From the IMG/VR virus record IMGVR_UViG_3300017917_002937, positions 21,172 through 85,171 of that record: 64,000 bases of DNA. The stretch is one strand, 5' to 3'. Below, piece after piece: positions 30,501-36,589 of the stretch; position 1 is the stretch's first letter; every line of letters begins with the position of its first letter. Position numbers and translations under genes: made by a program. Origin of the DNA: a virus. The notes below the pieces were generated by a model. It was not told where the DNA came from. It made no database searches and worked only from the letters and a program-made list of their open reading frames with translations.

Positions 30501-33500
30501 TAAATGATATTTTAACAAGTAATGGTGAAATTACAAGTGTAATATGTAATGGTACACCGGTTGGGATAGAACAAAGTTATTATTTAAAAGTTACAGGTGA
30601 TAATACTTTTGAGGTTTATTCAAATTCATTAATGACTGTACCTGTTAGTGGACTAACGTTTCCTTATTCAGGAATTGTAAGTACAAATGTATTAAGCACT
30701 ACTGCAAGTAATGATATTGAATTGTTGGATGTTACTGATTTTAATTTATATGATAGAATAGTGTTTACAGGAGATGTGGTTGGTGGTCTGATAAGAGGAG
30801 CTGTATATTACATTTATAGTATTGACAGTATTAACAACTTAATTACAATTTCAACAGTACCAAATGATGTTTCAACGTTAGTTACAGTAACTAATACATC
30901 TACCGAATTTACAGTAGCAAAAGTTGGTGATTTTGCATTACTACCTGAACCATTCATATTTAATCAAAGTATTGTAAAATATAATAACAATGTTTATATT
31001 TGTATTATTAGTAACAATGATCCAACATTTGTTATCGGTAAATGGGAATTACTTACATCAGGTGATCGTAGATTAAATGCATTAGATAGAATAAATGGTT
31101 ATTATCGTCCAACTGTTAATATGCCAGGACTTGATTTAACACAATTGGTTGATGGAATAACATATCCTGGATCAACTTATCAAGGTAACGCATTTGAACC
31201 TGATCAACAATTTGCAGTTGACGTAATAATCCCTTCACAGCAGTTTTATCCAACAGAAATTACATTAAAAGCAATAGTATTTGGTGAAAATGATTATTAT
31301 GCACCACTTTATACACCTAACGAATTTGGACTTGCAGTTAGCGACGTAGGCAATAGTTGGACTATTGCAAAATTAGCAAATTCAACAATAGAAGCAACAG
31401 ATATAATTTATGCTAATGGATATTATTTAATCACAACAACTAATACTGCTACTCCAATATATAGAAGCAGCAATGGTTCTGTATGGACAACAAATGGGTT
31501 CTTTACTCCATATGGTGCTACTCCGTATGATCTTGAAAATTATGATATGACTAGTTTATCTATTGCAGCTATTAGATTAAATGGTGCAGCATATGGTTCC
31601 AACGTGTTTATAGCCGTAGGAGACAGCATTGTTAGAAGTACAGATACATATAGTTGGACTGAAGTTTTCACATTTACAGGAACAGCAGTAAGTCAATTCA
31701 ATGGTGTAACCTATGTAAATATTCCTAATTTTACAGGTTTTATAGCAGTAGGAAAAACACAAACAATAATTTCAAGTAACTATGTTGATATTAATTGTAT
31801 TGCATATTCTAATCCAAATGGTATATTTTATACTCAAACACCTGTAGTTACATATCAAATTTTTAATAGTATTGTAAGTAGTCCAACTGAAATAGTTGTA
31901 GTTGGTAATAATGGTTCTATTTATACAAGTTTAAATGGTATTAATTACACAGGCGTTACAGAAACTCAAGTCTTAAATACCAATGGCGCTACGAATGAAA
32001 TGGTATTATTAACAACCACGTCATTTACTGTTGGAGACGAAATACGATTTTTAGGGGAAGGTTTTGGTGGAGTATTGCTTAATACAAGTTATTGGGTCAA
32101 AACCATCTCTACCAGTACAAATTCTATTACATTAAGTGATGATTCAGGGTTAGTAAGTACCACTACTTTAACTACCGCGAGTCCTAGTAGATTAGTAATA
32201 ATATACAAATATGGGTTTGAAAATTTAAACAAGGTGATTTATGCAAATAGTTTTTATACTGCAATAGGAGATACAGGTACTATACTTACAAGTAATGATG
32301 GTTTAACTTGGACAACACAAACATCAGGTGTTTCTGAAAATCTATATGGTATAACCTATAATTCAACAACTGGTGATTTTATTGCAGTAGGAGATAATAA
32401 TACAATTATTATTAGTAGTGATAATTGTGTTACTTGGACAAGTACATCATTATTTGTACAACCTATTTCAACTTATACACTAGATGGTGGTGAGTTCTTG
32501 TCTGGTTTTGGCCCAGAAGAATTAGTTCCTGGTGTAGTAAGTGACAATTTAGCAATGATTGTTACTACACGACCAGGTACAAATTGGCCAGTAACTGAAT
32601 ATGCTCACGTTGGTTATAATGTTGTAAGTATTGAAGTAAGTCCAACTACAGGTATTCAAACAACATTTAGTTTTGAATATGTAGTTCAAACTCCTGCACA
32701 AATTGCTGTTTACCTAATGGATGCAACAAATCAATTATGTACAGCATTATATGAAAGTAATGGGGACTATACGATTGATTGGATAAATCTAACAGTTACA
32801 ATACCTAGCCCATTAAATCTTAATGAAAAATTAAGAATTGACGTATATGAAGTGGGAAATGGAGATCAATTAGTAAAAGCAAATACATTTACCGATCCTA
32901 TTAGAATTAATACTACAACAGGATTTAATGAAATTTTTGTGAATTGTGCCTATTCTGGTACAATATTTAGTGGTGGAGGTATAATACAACAAGGAACCGA
33001 ACCCAAAACAGTTACAGCATATGAGACAGATGATATATCAAATGCTATATTTTGTTTAGATGTAACTGATTTTATTCTAAACGATCCCATTACATTTCAA
33101 GGTGCAGTATTTGGTGGTTTAGCTGAAGATACTACATATTATGTTAAAACCATAAGTTATGTTTCAAAAACAATTACAGTATCAACAAGTATAACTGGTG
33201 GTTTAGCAGGACCTACATTTGATGTTAGTTCGGCTACAGGTACAATGACTGTTATTATTCAATTAGGTACAGGAGCTGCTTTTTATTCTACACCTATTAT
33301 ATATCATAATGGTAATAAATTACAACATGGAGTTACTGGTACAGTGACTAGAACCAACGGTGATGATATACTTGCAGCAAACTTAATTGCAGGAAAAGAA
33401 TATACAATAACCGATATCGGTACAACAGATTTTACATTGATAGGCGCAGCGTCAAATACAGTAGGTTTACTATTTACATGTTCTGGTCCAGGAACGGGCA

Positions 33501-35773
33501 CAGGGACTGCTGCAAAATATACAATACAAGTTAGCACAACAACTGGTTTAATTGTTAATGATCCTGTTGTTTTTAGTGATACAATGTTTGGACCAAATAT
33601 TACACCACAAACAGTTTATTATGTAAAAAATATTTGGGATATGAATGAATTTACTGTATCAACTACTCCTGGTGGCGCAATATTACCCTTGGATAGTTAC
33701 ACAGGTGGGGCAACTTATATTACAAATGATTATACATTTGGTATACAACCAAATGGTGTATCTGCTAAAATTATATTTACATCACAATATGATAATACAA
33801 TAGACTATATCACATACACATTATTTGGGCAAACTACTCCTGCACAATATGGTTATACGATACCTGAGACACAATTAATAACAGCAGACGGTACCGTAGG
33901 ACCATTTACTTTAAATAATTATGTTGGTGGAGATAATCCAGATAATGCAATCGTTGAAGTAAACGGATTACGTATTACACCCTCAGATTATACAATTAAT
34001 TTTAGTTTGAATGAAATCACATTTACCAGTGCACCAACTATAGGTGATAATATTGCTGTTACCAGTTATAATTTAACCGATCGACAATATTTTTATACCA
34101 TGTCAGGAGTAACTGGTAAAACAGTTTCCTTGATAGTAAATGTGCAGAATAGTTTAGCACCTTATATTGCAGTAGTACAAACAACTGCAACAACCACAGG
34201 TACAAACTACATAACCTGTTCATCAACAACAGACTTTGTTGTTGGACAAACTGTACAATACAAAGGTACTGGATTTGGAAACATATTAACAGATGGTACT
34301 GTTTATTATATAAGAGCAATTATAAGTCCAACACAATATACAATTGAAGACGAAAACGGTAATATAATTTCGTTAACCACTGCTACAGGTTTAATGTTGA
34401 CTTATGTAGGTGGACTTGAAGCTGTAAGAATTACAACTGCTCAAGCACATAACTTTGTTACAAATGATTTGGTAAGAATAGATGGAGTAGGAGGATCCAC
34501 GCAATTAAACGATAATATTTACTATGTTCATGTCATTAATAGTGTTCAGTTTGATTTATATGAATTTAATCCTAACAGTCCTAGTACTGATTATGATCCA
34601 GCAGCTGGTGCGGTAAATTATCCTATTACAACCGTTAGTTCATTTACGTCAGGTGGGTATGCATGGTTAAATCAAACATATATGTTAGATCAGTTTAACC
34701 CGACTGCTACAGACAGTACTGACAATAGTATAACTATATCATCAACTAGCGACTTAGTTATTAATAATCCTATAGTTTTTATGGAAGTTGGTAGTCAAAT
34801 AGGTGACACATTAATGGGAGGAATTGTTGCAGGAACAATATATTACATCAAAGAAGTTTTAAGTGTTACAAAGTTTACAATGAGCGAAGAAAGAGAAGGA
34901 ACAGAATTTGTATTAACAACTGATACTGGATCAATCATTATGAACATGTGGGAACAATTTAATGTTGATAGACTATGGGTAACGGTTGATGGTTATCGTG
35001 TTCCAAGTAGTAAATTAAGATTAAATCCAGGTAATCAAATTAGTATTCTAACCGAGATTACTTCTGCACAAGAAGTAATTATAACATCAATGGTTCCTTC
35101 TGCTACACCTAATGAATTAACATACTTATTAAAGGTAGATAGTTCAAATCAAGGTGTTGTTTACAGAGATAATACTAATTCTAGAACTTGGTTAACAGAA
35201 GATTTATATAATACAAGTGAAACAATAAATGTTGATGATGTTACAAAAATAACAGATGTATTAGTACAAAATAGTATTGCTTCTGCTGCTATAAATGGGT
35301 ATGTTTATGTTGGACTAATAGGAGATAAAAATTCTATTGTAAATGTCAGTGTTTATAACAATACACAAAATGCTATAATCAATTCTACTAATTATGAAAT
35401 TGTTATTGAATCATTAGCTCCTAAGTTAAAAATCACCTCAGGTGCATATATTAATACAGGAGATAGTTTAACAATAACCATTCTTGAGGGCAATTTAATA
35501 CTTATTAATGGAGAAGAAATTAAATTTACTACTGTTGATACTACAAATAATACAATAACTGGAATCAGTAGAGGTGTTAATGGTACTGGAATACAAACAC
35601 TTATTCCAAAATACTCGGAGGTTTATAGTGAATTATCTAGAAATGAAATGCCAATAGCAGACTATTCTATTACATGGAATCCTATTCCAGGTAATTTGAA
35701 TCCAACTTTAGGCGACCCTTTACAACTAGCCGATACATCATCTGCTATATTCCTTAGAGAGGATCAAACCTGA
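15578..35773 (+). CDS. Giant 6731-aa virion structural protein (gp7-like wedge scaffold with many inserted beta domains)
   Basis: Uninterrupted ORF directly after gp6-like; RTLNFLPEIFQT N-terminus and YLNEVKPYH motif; FG-GAP-like, Asp-box and other repeats; very Thr/Ser/Gly/Asn-rich. Confidence 0.8.
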   Translation: MATRIRTLNFLPEIFQTPTNSQFLSATLDQIVNPPNTNRIQGYVGSKFGYGINAKDYYVTEPSKERVDYQLEPGVVFTKDNESTAYDFISYPGIVNGLQNQGGIVNNNDRLFESQFYSWDSFSNLDKLINFNYYYWLPEGPPAVTVSTETVFTTFSYVVVDTPSGYLISGSQQATGSVNPTITLLRGGTYTFTVNQATDFWIQGEPGVTGYSPTQPNLNTREILGVTNNGIDQGILTFSVPLADAQSNLNFPGNNLVDVVSTIPFSQLNGQPVVGFAGVDGITSLNGLTVMFYNTGVVNELGYVQQFFNQNNYDVNGNLITPLTIDITNTNSVGNVITCNSTANLTVGQTITFTGTEFGNLTSYTGLTSSAISAGSFNIGQKYIIQTSGTTDWISIGLTETANVTASISGTVLTVSAVNTNPFSIGQTITGTGVASGTVVTDYNEINGTYTVSISQTVSSTTILGYTILGGLFTATGIGSGTGTALLYDPEIFYVTSILNGTTFTIAAEEPYIDYGGTLVIGQKYVITSLGSTNFILSGAASNTVGTVFTATNVGLGTGSARQVITAGAFNPGSTYTITSIGTTDFTLIGASSNTIGLSFTATGVGAGNGTAYLGSNITLTTATGTMTGYINQGLLEEGYYTTVDDLFYTITYIGDPATPTISLVPYNSIPTNQKITANFGTTYNGRNFYKNTAGTIILIPYLSAPLTTLYYQDGTFANKVGIIKIIESNTSNRLNILTEILGKDQYTSSTGIVFTNGLKVEFQGDIFPSSYLEGSYYVEGVGTSIQLINTNDLVVPEAFTENLLLPWDTVGWDFGNWDGTSNIPIKQDYITISRNSLSLNPWSRSNRWFHIDVINATATYNNNPNIVTEYATESAKAKRPIIEFYPNLKLFDFGTFGKAPVDFVDERTTDAFSEVAGQQNYYPDVIAYTDYTGSIATTNYTVSRTISATTTLTNHVTVSSTNGFRVNDLIVITSLSTFGGLSYNTDYYVQSIVNSTTLKLSTTVNGDPINLTTGSGTMNFDWTPRSTEITIAADDVTGLLTEGNYITDSTNLLPNNSYIVEITGTTTFTITVSWPESSNPFFTSTSVASFITTDTTVDNYALFDGARIVFANDTNLNVRNKIYISKFQSITGTSTPVITLIEALDGTVYENDQTVSKRGYNNTGIDFYFDGNNWIKGQQKTDINQAPLFDIFDNNGISFGNRDIYVGSNFNGCKLFSYSIGNGIDDIVLGFPIKYSNIDNIGDISFDVNLNSDTFDYVTGSTPINQNVSKGYVYNYLTRELYERMLGWQTAKYPSVQYQLFQFNYVLGDDNSFLCDVAANIVDSWPNIRVFINNNLVATDNFTTLIGSNSTTVTIDSILLLENTVIQILILSDQVSLTAYYTTPINLNNNPFNVNITSVNVGEIRGQYQSIFYNNTNLTGQVFGSNNFRDLGNLVPYGDRIIQNSASLVLPGVFLRKQDCNLFDALLFNSKQYILYKTLLVYTVNNSNYEQRYNPSEILDDALDQISASKTDSMPFFWSDMLPGKAAYIINNYTFANSLSVSVYPLSKIYDFTSANYNGLLVYLQRTANNIVNTTQLIINQDYTVSATAPSLTITLQLQPGDTIIVKEYNQTYGSYVPNTPTKLGLYPSFIPEVVLDTTYSTPTYFIKGHDGSYTKLYGDYDSTNNLLIDFRDQALLEFERRIYNNLKINDIIPIQSYEITPGFFRDTGYSYNEWLEIYSVNFLNWIGQNRLDYESQIYNKNNQFTFNYDNSGIKLNNKPIEQGYWRGVYTYFYDTSTPNLTPWEMIGYKNQPNWWTDRYGPAPYTSNNLILWEDMANGIDYNNGNPIVINELKRPELLQVLPVDSYGNLLSPFDSIVGNFNERLFKNDWKVGDDGPVEFSYRRSSTYPFDLMKILALTKPAKFFNLGVDVDNYKYNLEFNQYLVNDRSHLIISDIEIYGNGTAKTSYINWIVDYQKQVGIPATTNITNILKNLDVRLIYRLAGFSDKTFLKFFVEKGSPNSTNASLLIPDESYSLLLYDNVPFDKIIYSGIIVQIDQRGFTVFGNSQTQAYFNILKPKNNGVYDQLTVEDITVRVPRNFFTTTDIVPYGQTFYSIQELCIFIKSYGAYLESKGMKFDTIENGLEINWNQMILEFLYFVQNGWEVGTLITLNPAAVNLQINRENAIVQPLTYYESNFVVNENLYPIALKDLAITREETFFSVQALNQGDSIGYGQFNLNSIEHGIVFDNITLFNDTIYNVPTGLRQIRIFCRGTKTAEWNGTLTPSGFILNQDNIQEWNSTVTYTKGQIVKYKTKYYTAIKIVQPKIVFDETDWKRTDYDEIQKGLLPNSSTRSAESLLYYDINNANLENEADLLAFSLVGYRPRNYLALADLTDITQINVYLNLIKNKGTRNATYAFKGANLPQGGIDYEIYENWAIKSGEYGGVLNNNFIQLRLQENDLKGNPSTLGLTNGNVFDDVEQTIPLNKIYNYARPITDPNILATIPVDTPNKVFPDAGYVNFNDVKMSAFYASLLNGAVDKNGLVVPLSRVYVNDYIWLAKYLSTWQVYTPVSNGRVVFATNNLNGSVTLTFSEPHNLNLNQLIAIINFDPTINGYFIVKAIVNIYKIIINLTLSPQTTTVSGQGIVFKFQTQRVSKPSDINDLPLLNYEFVKNRVWVDQGSSGNWEVYQKSVNYSFDTEITKTNTDTFGSAVAYTDKLGYLIGDQDAGKVYRYTYNDLTQSYDLNQTLTQTASFGASISYSDNIFVISQPTGTSRVYVYELPDSILTDDLTLYQTAISALGGSSNWGSSTAISGDKNWIYISAVDLARVYVYRKSQVTDEYEYITYFNVGGLTSSDNFGYSLSTDYYGDTVIVGAPNVDYSGTITDWGKTYVFTRSLQNIESQFNSDSSISQTLQLAWTPTTITSACSATAVTTNRITCTDTTGFVVDMPVIFSGTIYSGSEILPNTIYYIHSIVSGTQFTIKTTRAGITSFALGTSSGTGMTVNVQSEPLYVSVNGELVEDSTYGVIGSTLNYVGNLTAGDIITVSGSNFTLNQTLTSTDIDTVGIRFGNSVSTTTHATEVIVGSPFIISNNVEGAVYRFTNAGGRFGSVSSTTEVNVTSVRKLLINGYLVFIPVGLAEDAADAINASLITNVIASAENNYLTISIVNSDLTQPNEKLILASTDSSTFTELGIDIYSLTQTINCPHPQGRSQFGTTVKFNELGSFVASAPVGTRYTSTTFDFSDDVNLDNDTVFDNNATQFVDSFPNAGAVYMFDYIPNYNETINNVGQFIYAQSINDTDLTYGSQPYYGTALDFNQNRVIVGTPNFEPNITNGKVTTFINQLGVQDWSILRQSPAIVDINKVYNVQIFSAQTNNTLINLDYIDPLQGKILGAARQNIDVISNVDPANYNRADQQRGLFWGSDHEGDIWLNTSSMAYVNYHQNDVVYDSKYWGELFPGSFVGVYSWISSNVPPIDYQGPGVVYDVEKFSIQYILNANNQIQPIYFFWVQNTNIIFYKRGKTLADSIIANYIRNSKNSGISYFAPIKQNVYALYNSGEYINANDSILSFSYATGNNDEAIHNQYNLIRSNFADDFLPGVPKFTGVVSPNQQVNGTQLNNSPQYLYDRYLDSFSGVDEVGEIVPNPYLPKAVQFGILARPRQSFFIDRLLALKNYITYANTVMSQFPIVELRPNLSFLFTEGAINPSDSPNLFFNTTDYWQYKNWWAVGYSDSTRSALQVPLFADLSTLNVNVGTIVTVNTNSEGRSETYILSDTLIWNRIGLQNGTIEIKAEIYDYQDARLGWGDNFWDTTPYDYYPSEETRYIIRALNEQIYTNEFLIFRNKSLILMFEYIQSESLENQNYLPWLNKTSLIDVSHKIRELRPIEVFQSDNQEFLSAYLNEVKPYHVVIKDFLFTYTGNETFEGDITDFDLPSKYNNTFKQFITPQIVYQSPDANNEYTPNNSIWLDPSYNQWYENYGLSIVGQLNYEITTLQSYIGLSTTFFAVDNAFGFPINGYIKIGNEIIGYSNVDRNLQVISGITRGVNGTPIETHIPNELIFIDLPPVIILNGSRGYTEPPKVSVYIDTTIYPEPKEAAELEVVMALDSVSYINVVNPGIGYAVTPEIIIDPAITITLTDQEVNTTNNTIRSFSSFLQTGDEIQYKEVEGNPIQGLQNNQWYYVNILENTPLIILALYSNYGDSLKDENRIKFYSKSIGTFSLNLGAKAFAVTISSPVRENNITLRFDRTTYNSDLIDWRAGQYYGSYYAGSYSNSESVSSSSIQLASTSPPIESILASAQGVAFEILNAENIRVIDYTSFIRYVSQTLTSSNIITLILQDDGSGNPNASGGTLGFYIGMPIKFVGNTGTSNIVNETTYYIAEIVSLTEFKISASDSGSPVLALGNFTVGPAGLKCYVGQIIDTAKLTVYYPGILTATATSEGTNKITVPLNLTGTGGTNNFYTGMTLFFTGTVFGNIIENEIYYVTTVCDNQTFTISKTNDPLRLDVLETIASTDSIRVDGTYQTLAVNDPIIFTDFLFTAGDFVIGQEYVIEFVGTTDFTLIGATYNTVGTRFTASGVGTGTGTASSLEFGNLVAGDTYYVISTIGNDEFVVATSLNGSTFTLIDSVGTGYVTSQINTVDLTTDTGSMIVNVNLPVSPGQVNGQLFTMYQTSGQYTGITGSETSLLERVVKATLGNRTGNPGAEVDRVLISQTGDGLENFYINMPVQFEASIGGLSAGAPGYYVTDYGTTSVTVISTSASITAGIVTGSISSTVLTVTAVTSGVVVPGAILSGTGITTGTTVLDYIGGSGGVGTYLITPSQAAGSTTINVTISALTCQNSDDTNKLYVDMPVLFSGQSLGGIEINLEYYVRSIIDDVRFSISSSPGDTATTLTNESGIMVGTGDPWIQVSTSIGGGVVTLSDDTNSTNLTQTPTSTPVFDVSYILGGYRVVLNNAGTGYAVDNVITIPGTQLGGTSPTNDLVLTVNAIDVISYDQINDILTSNGEITSVICNGTPVGIEQSYYLKVTGDNTFEVYSNSLMTVPVSGLTFPYSGIVSTNVLSTTASNDIELLDVTDFNLYDRIVFTGDVVGGLIRGAVYYIYSIDSINNLITISTVPNDVSTLVTVTNTSTEFTVAKVGDFALLPEPFIFNQSIVKYNNNVYICIISNNDPTFVIGKWELLTSGDRRLNALDRINGYYRPTVNMPGLDLTQLVDGITYPGSTYQGNAFEPDQQFAVDVIIPSQQFYPTEITLKAIVFGENDYYAPLYTPNEFGLAVSDVGNSWTIAKLANSTIEATDIIYANGYYLITTTNTATPIYRSSNGSVWTTNGFFTPYGATPYDLENYDMTSLSIAAIRLNGAAYGSNVFIAVGDSIVRSTDTYSWTEVFTFTGTAVSQFNGVTYVNIPNFTGFIAVGKTQTIISSNYVDINCIAYSNPNGIFYTQTPVVTYQIFNSIVSSPTEIVVVGNNGSIYTSLNGINYTGVTETQVLNTNGATNEMVLLTTTSFTVGDEIRFLGEGFGGVLLNTSYWVKTISTSTNSITLSDDSGLVSTTTLTTASPSRLVIIYKYGFENLNKVIYANSFYTAIGDTGTILTSNDGLTWTTQTSGVSENLYGITYNSTTGDFIAVGDNNTIIISSDNCVTWTSTSLFVQPISTYTLDGGEFLSGFGPEELVPGVVSDNLAMIVTTRPGTNWPVTEYAHVGYNVVSIEVSPTTGIQTTFSFEYVVQTPAQIAVYLMDATNQLCTALYESNGDYTIDWINLTVTIPSPLNLNEKLRIDVYEVGNGDQLVKANTFTDPIRINTTTGFNEIFVNCAYSGTIFSGGGIIQQGTEPKTVTAYETDDISNAIFCLDVTDFILNDPITFQGAVFGGLAEDTTYYVKTISYVSKTITVSTSITGGLAGPTFDVSSATGTMTVIIQLGTGAAFYSTPIIYHNGNKLQHGVTGTVTRTNGDDILAANLIAGKEYTITDIGTTDFTLIGAASNTVGLLFTCSGPGTGTGTAAKYTIQVSTTTGLIVNDPVVFSDTMFGPNITPQTVYYVKNIWDMNEFTVSTTPGGAILPLDSYTGGATYITNDYTFGIQPNGVSAKIIFTSQYDNTIDYITYTLFGQTTPAQYGYTIPETQLITADGTVGPFTLNNYVGGDNPDNAIVEVNGLRITPSDYTINFSLNEITFTSAPTIGDNIAVTSYNLTDRQYFYTMSGVTGKTVSLIVNVQNSLAPYIAVVQTTATTTGTNYITCSSTTDFVVGQTVQYKGTGFGNILTDGTVYYIRAIISPTQYTIEDENGNIISLTTATGLMLTYVGGLEAVRITTAQAHNFVTNDLVRIDGVGGSTQLNDNIYYVHVINSVQFDLYEFNPNSPSTDYDPAAGAVNYPITTVSSFTSGGYAWLNQTYMLDQFNPTATDSTDNSITISSTSDLVINNPIVFMEVGSQIGDTLMGGIVAGTIYYIKEVLSVTKFTMSEEREGTEFVLTTDTGSIIMNMWEQFNVDRLWVTVDGYRVPSSKLRLNPGNQISILTEITSAQEVIITSMVPSATPNELTYLLKVDSSNQGVVYRDNTNSRTWLTEDLYNTSETINVDDVTKITDVLVQNSIASAAINGYVYVGLIGDKNSIVNVSVYNNTQNAIINSTNYEIVIESLAPKLKITSGAYINTGDSLTITILEGNLILINGEEIKFTTVDTTNNTITGISRGVNGTGIQTLIPKYSEVYSELSRNEMPIADYSITWNPIPGNLNPTLGDPLQLADTSSAIFLREDQT
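23640..25500 (+). repeat. About seven FG-GAP-like (integrin-alpha type) propeller repeats inside the giant protein
   Basis: FGSAVAY, FGASISY, WGSSTAISG, FGYSLS..VIVGAPN, FGNSVS..VIVGSPF, FGTTVKF..VASAP, YGTALDF..VIVGTPN. Confidence 0.7.
31330..32445 (+). repeat. Asp-box/BNR-like beta-propeller repeats inside the giant protein
   Basis: SDVGNSW, SSNGSVW, STDTYSW, SLNGINY, SNDGLTW, SDNCVTW. Confidence 0.7.
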
Positions 35774-35775
35774 AA

Positions 35776-35783
35776 GATAAATA
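35776..35783 (+). promoter_or_regulatory. Late promoter motif GATAAATA
   Basis: Directly after the giant gene's stop, 4 nt before ATG 35788. Confidence 0.6.
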
Positions 35784-35787
35784 ATAT

Positions 35788-35937
35788 ATGATTAAAAATA
35801 ATGTAAAAGAAAATACAAATACCAAGCCTGTTGAAAAAAAACCTAACGAAAAATACGGTTTTTATTTCTCAAGTTCAGTTAAAATTTTTGATCCAATTAC
35901 TAAAGAAGTGTTTGTTCAAAAAAGAGGCGATAATTAA
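35788..35937 (+). CDS. 49-aa small protein resembling the N-terminus of the next gene product
   Basis: Not in the track: MIKNNVKENTNTKPVEKKPNEKYGFYFSSSVKIFDPITKEVFVQKRGDN*. Fills the gap and has a TAATG overlap with the next gene. Confidence 0.7.
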   Translation: MIKNNVKENTNTKPVEKKPNEKYGFYFSSSVKIFDPITKEVFVQKRGDN

Positions 35938-36557
35938 TGTCTGTTATTACTTTATCATATAAAATTGAAGGTTTTCTAAAAATCTTCGACCCTAATAATG
36001 GCGCAATATTTGTTGACAAAAAAAATGCTATTAACTATGAAAATATGAGTGAAGCAATTGCAGATACTTTAAGTAGTAGAGGTTACGGAGAAATATATCA
36101 AATGGCTTTTGGAAACGGTGGAGCTAGTGTAGATGCTACAGGAGTTATTACATATCTACCACCAAATGTGACAGGACAAAACGCAGCTCTATATAATCAA
36201 ACTTATGCAAAAATTGTAGATGACACCAGTGTTTTTAACTTAGATCCTACTAGAAATAAAATGACAGTTCTGCATACTACCGGTAAATTTTATACTGATA
36301 TATTAGTGCAATGTTTATTAGATTATGGTGAACCTTCAGGACAGGATGCATTTGATACAAGCACACAAACTGATTCTAGTTATATTTTTGATGAATTGGG
36401 TTTATTGGCAAATTATGGAACAGATAATGATGGTAATGTTATAACACGTTTACTAACTCATGTAATTTTTCATCCAGTACAAAAAAGCTTAAACAGACAG
36501 ATTCAAATAGATTACACAGTTAGAATTCAAAGCCTTACTAACTTAGTAACGATATAA
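35937..36557 (+). CDS. Baseplate/tail structural protein
   Basis: MAFGNGG, LDYGEP, FDELGL and HPVQKSLNR motifs; structural context. Confidence 0.6.
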   Translation: MSVITLSYKIEGFLKIFDPNNGAIFVDKKNAINYENMSEAIADTLSSRGYGEIYQMAFGNGGASVDATGVITYLPPNVTGQNAALYNQTYAKIVDDTSVFNLDPTRNKMTVLHTTGKFYTDILVQCLLDYGEPSGQDAFDTSTQTDSSYIFDELGLLANYGTDNDGNVITRLLTHVIFHPVQKSLNRQIQIDYTVRIQSLTNLVTI

Positions 36558-36565
36558 GATAAATA
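36558..36565 (+). promoter_or_regulatory. Late promoter motif GATAAATA
   Basis: Intergenic, before the GGAG RBS and ATG 36590. Confidence 0.65.
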
Positions 36566-36589
36566 AAATGATAGCGGAGTAAACTATAT

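Noticed and set aside
17119-34319. Short alternative-frame ORFs inside the giant gene
   Set aside because: All are under 90 aa and nested in a 20-kb ORF, with no independent signals.
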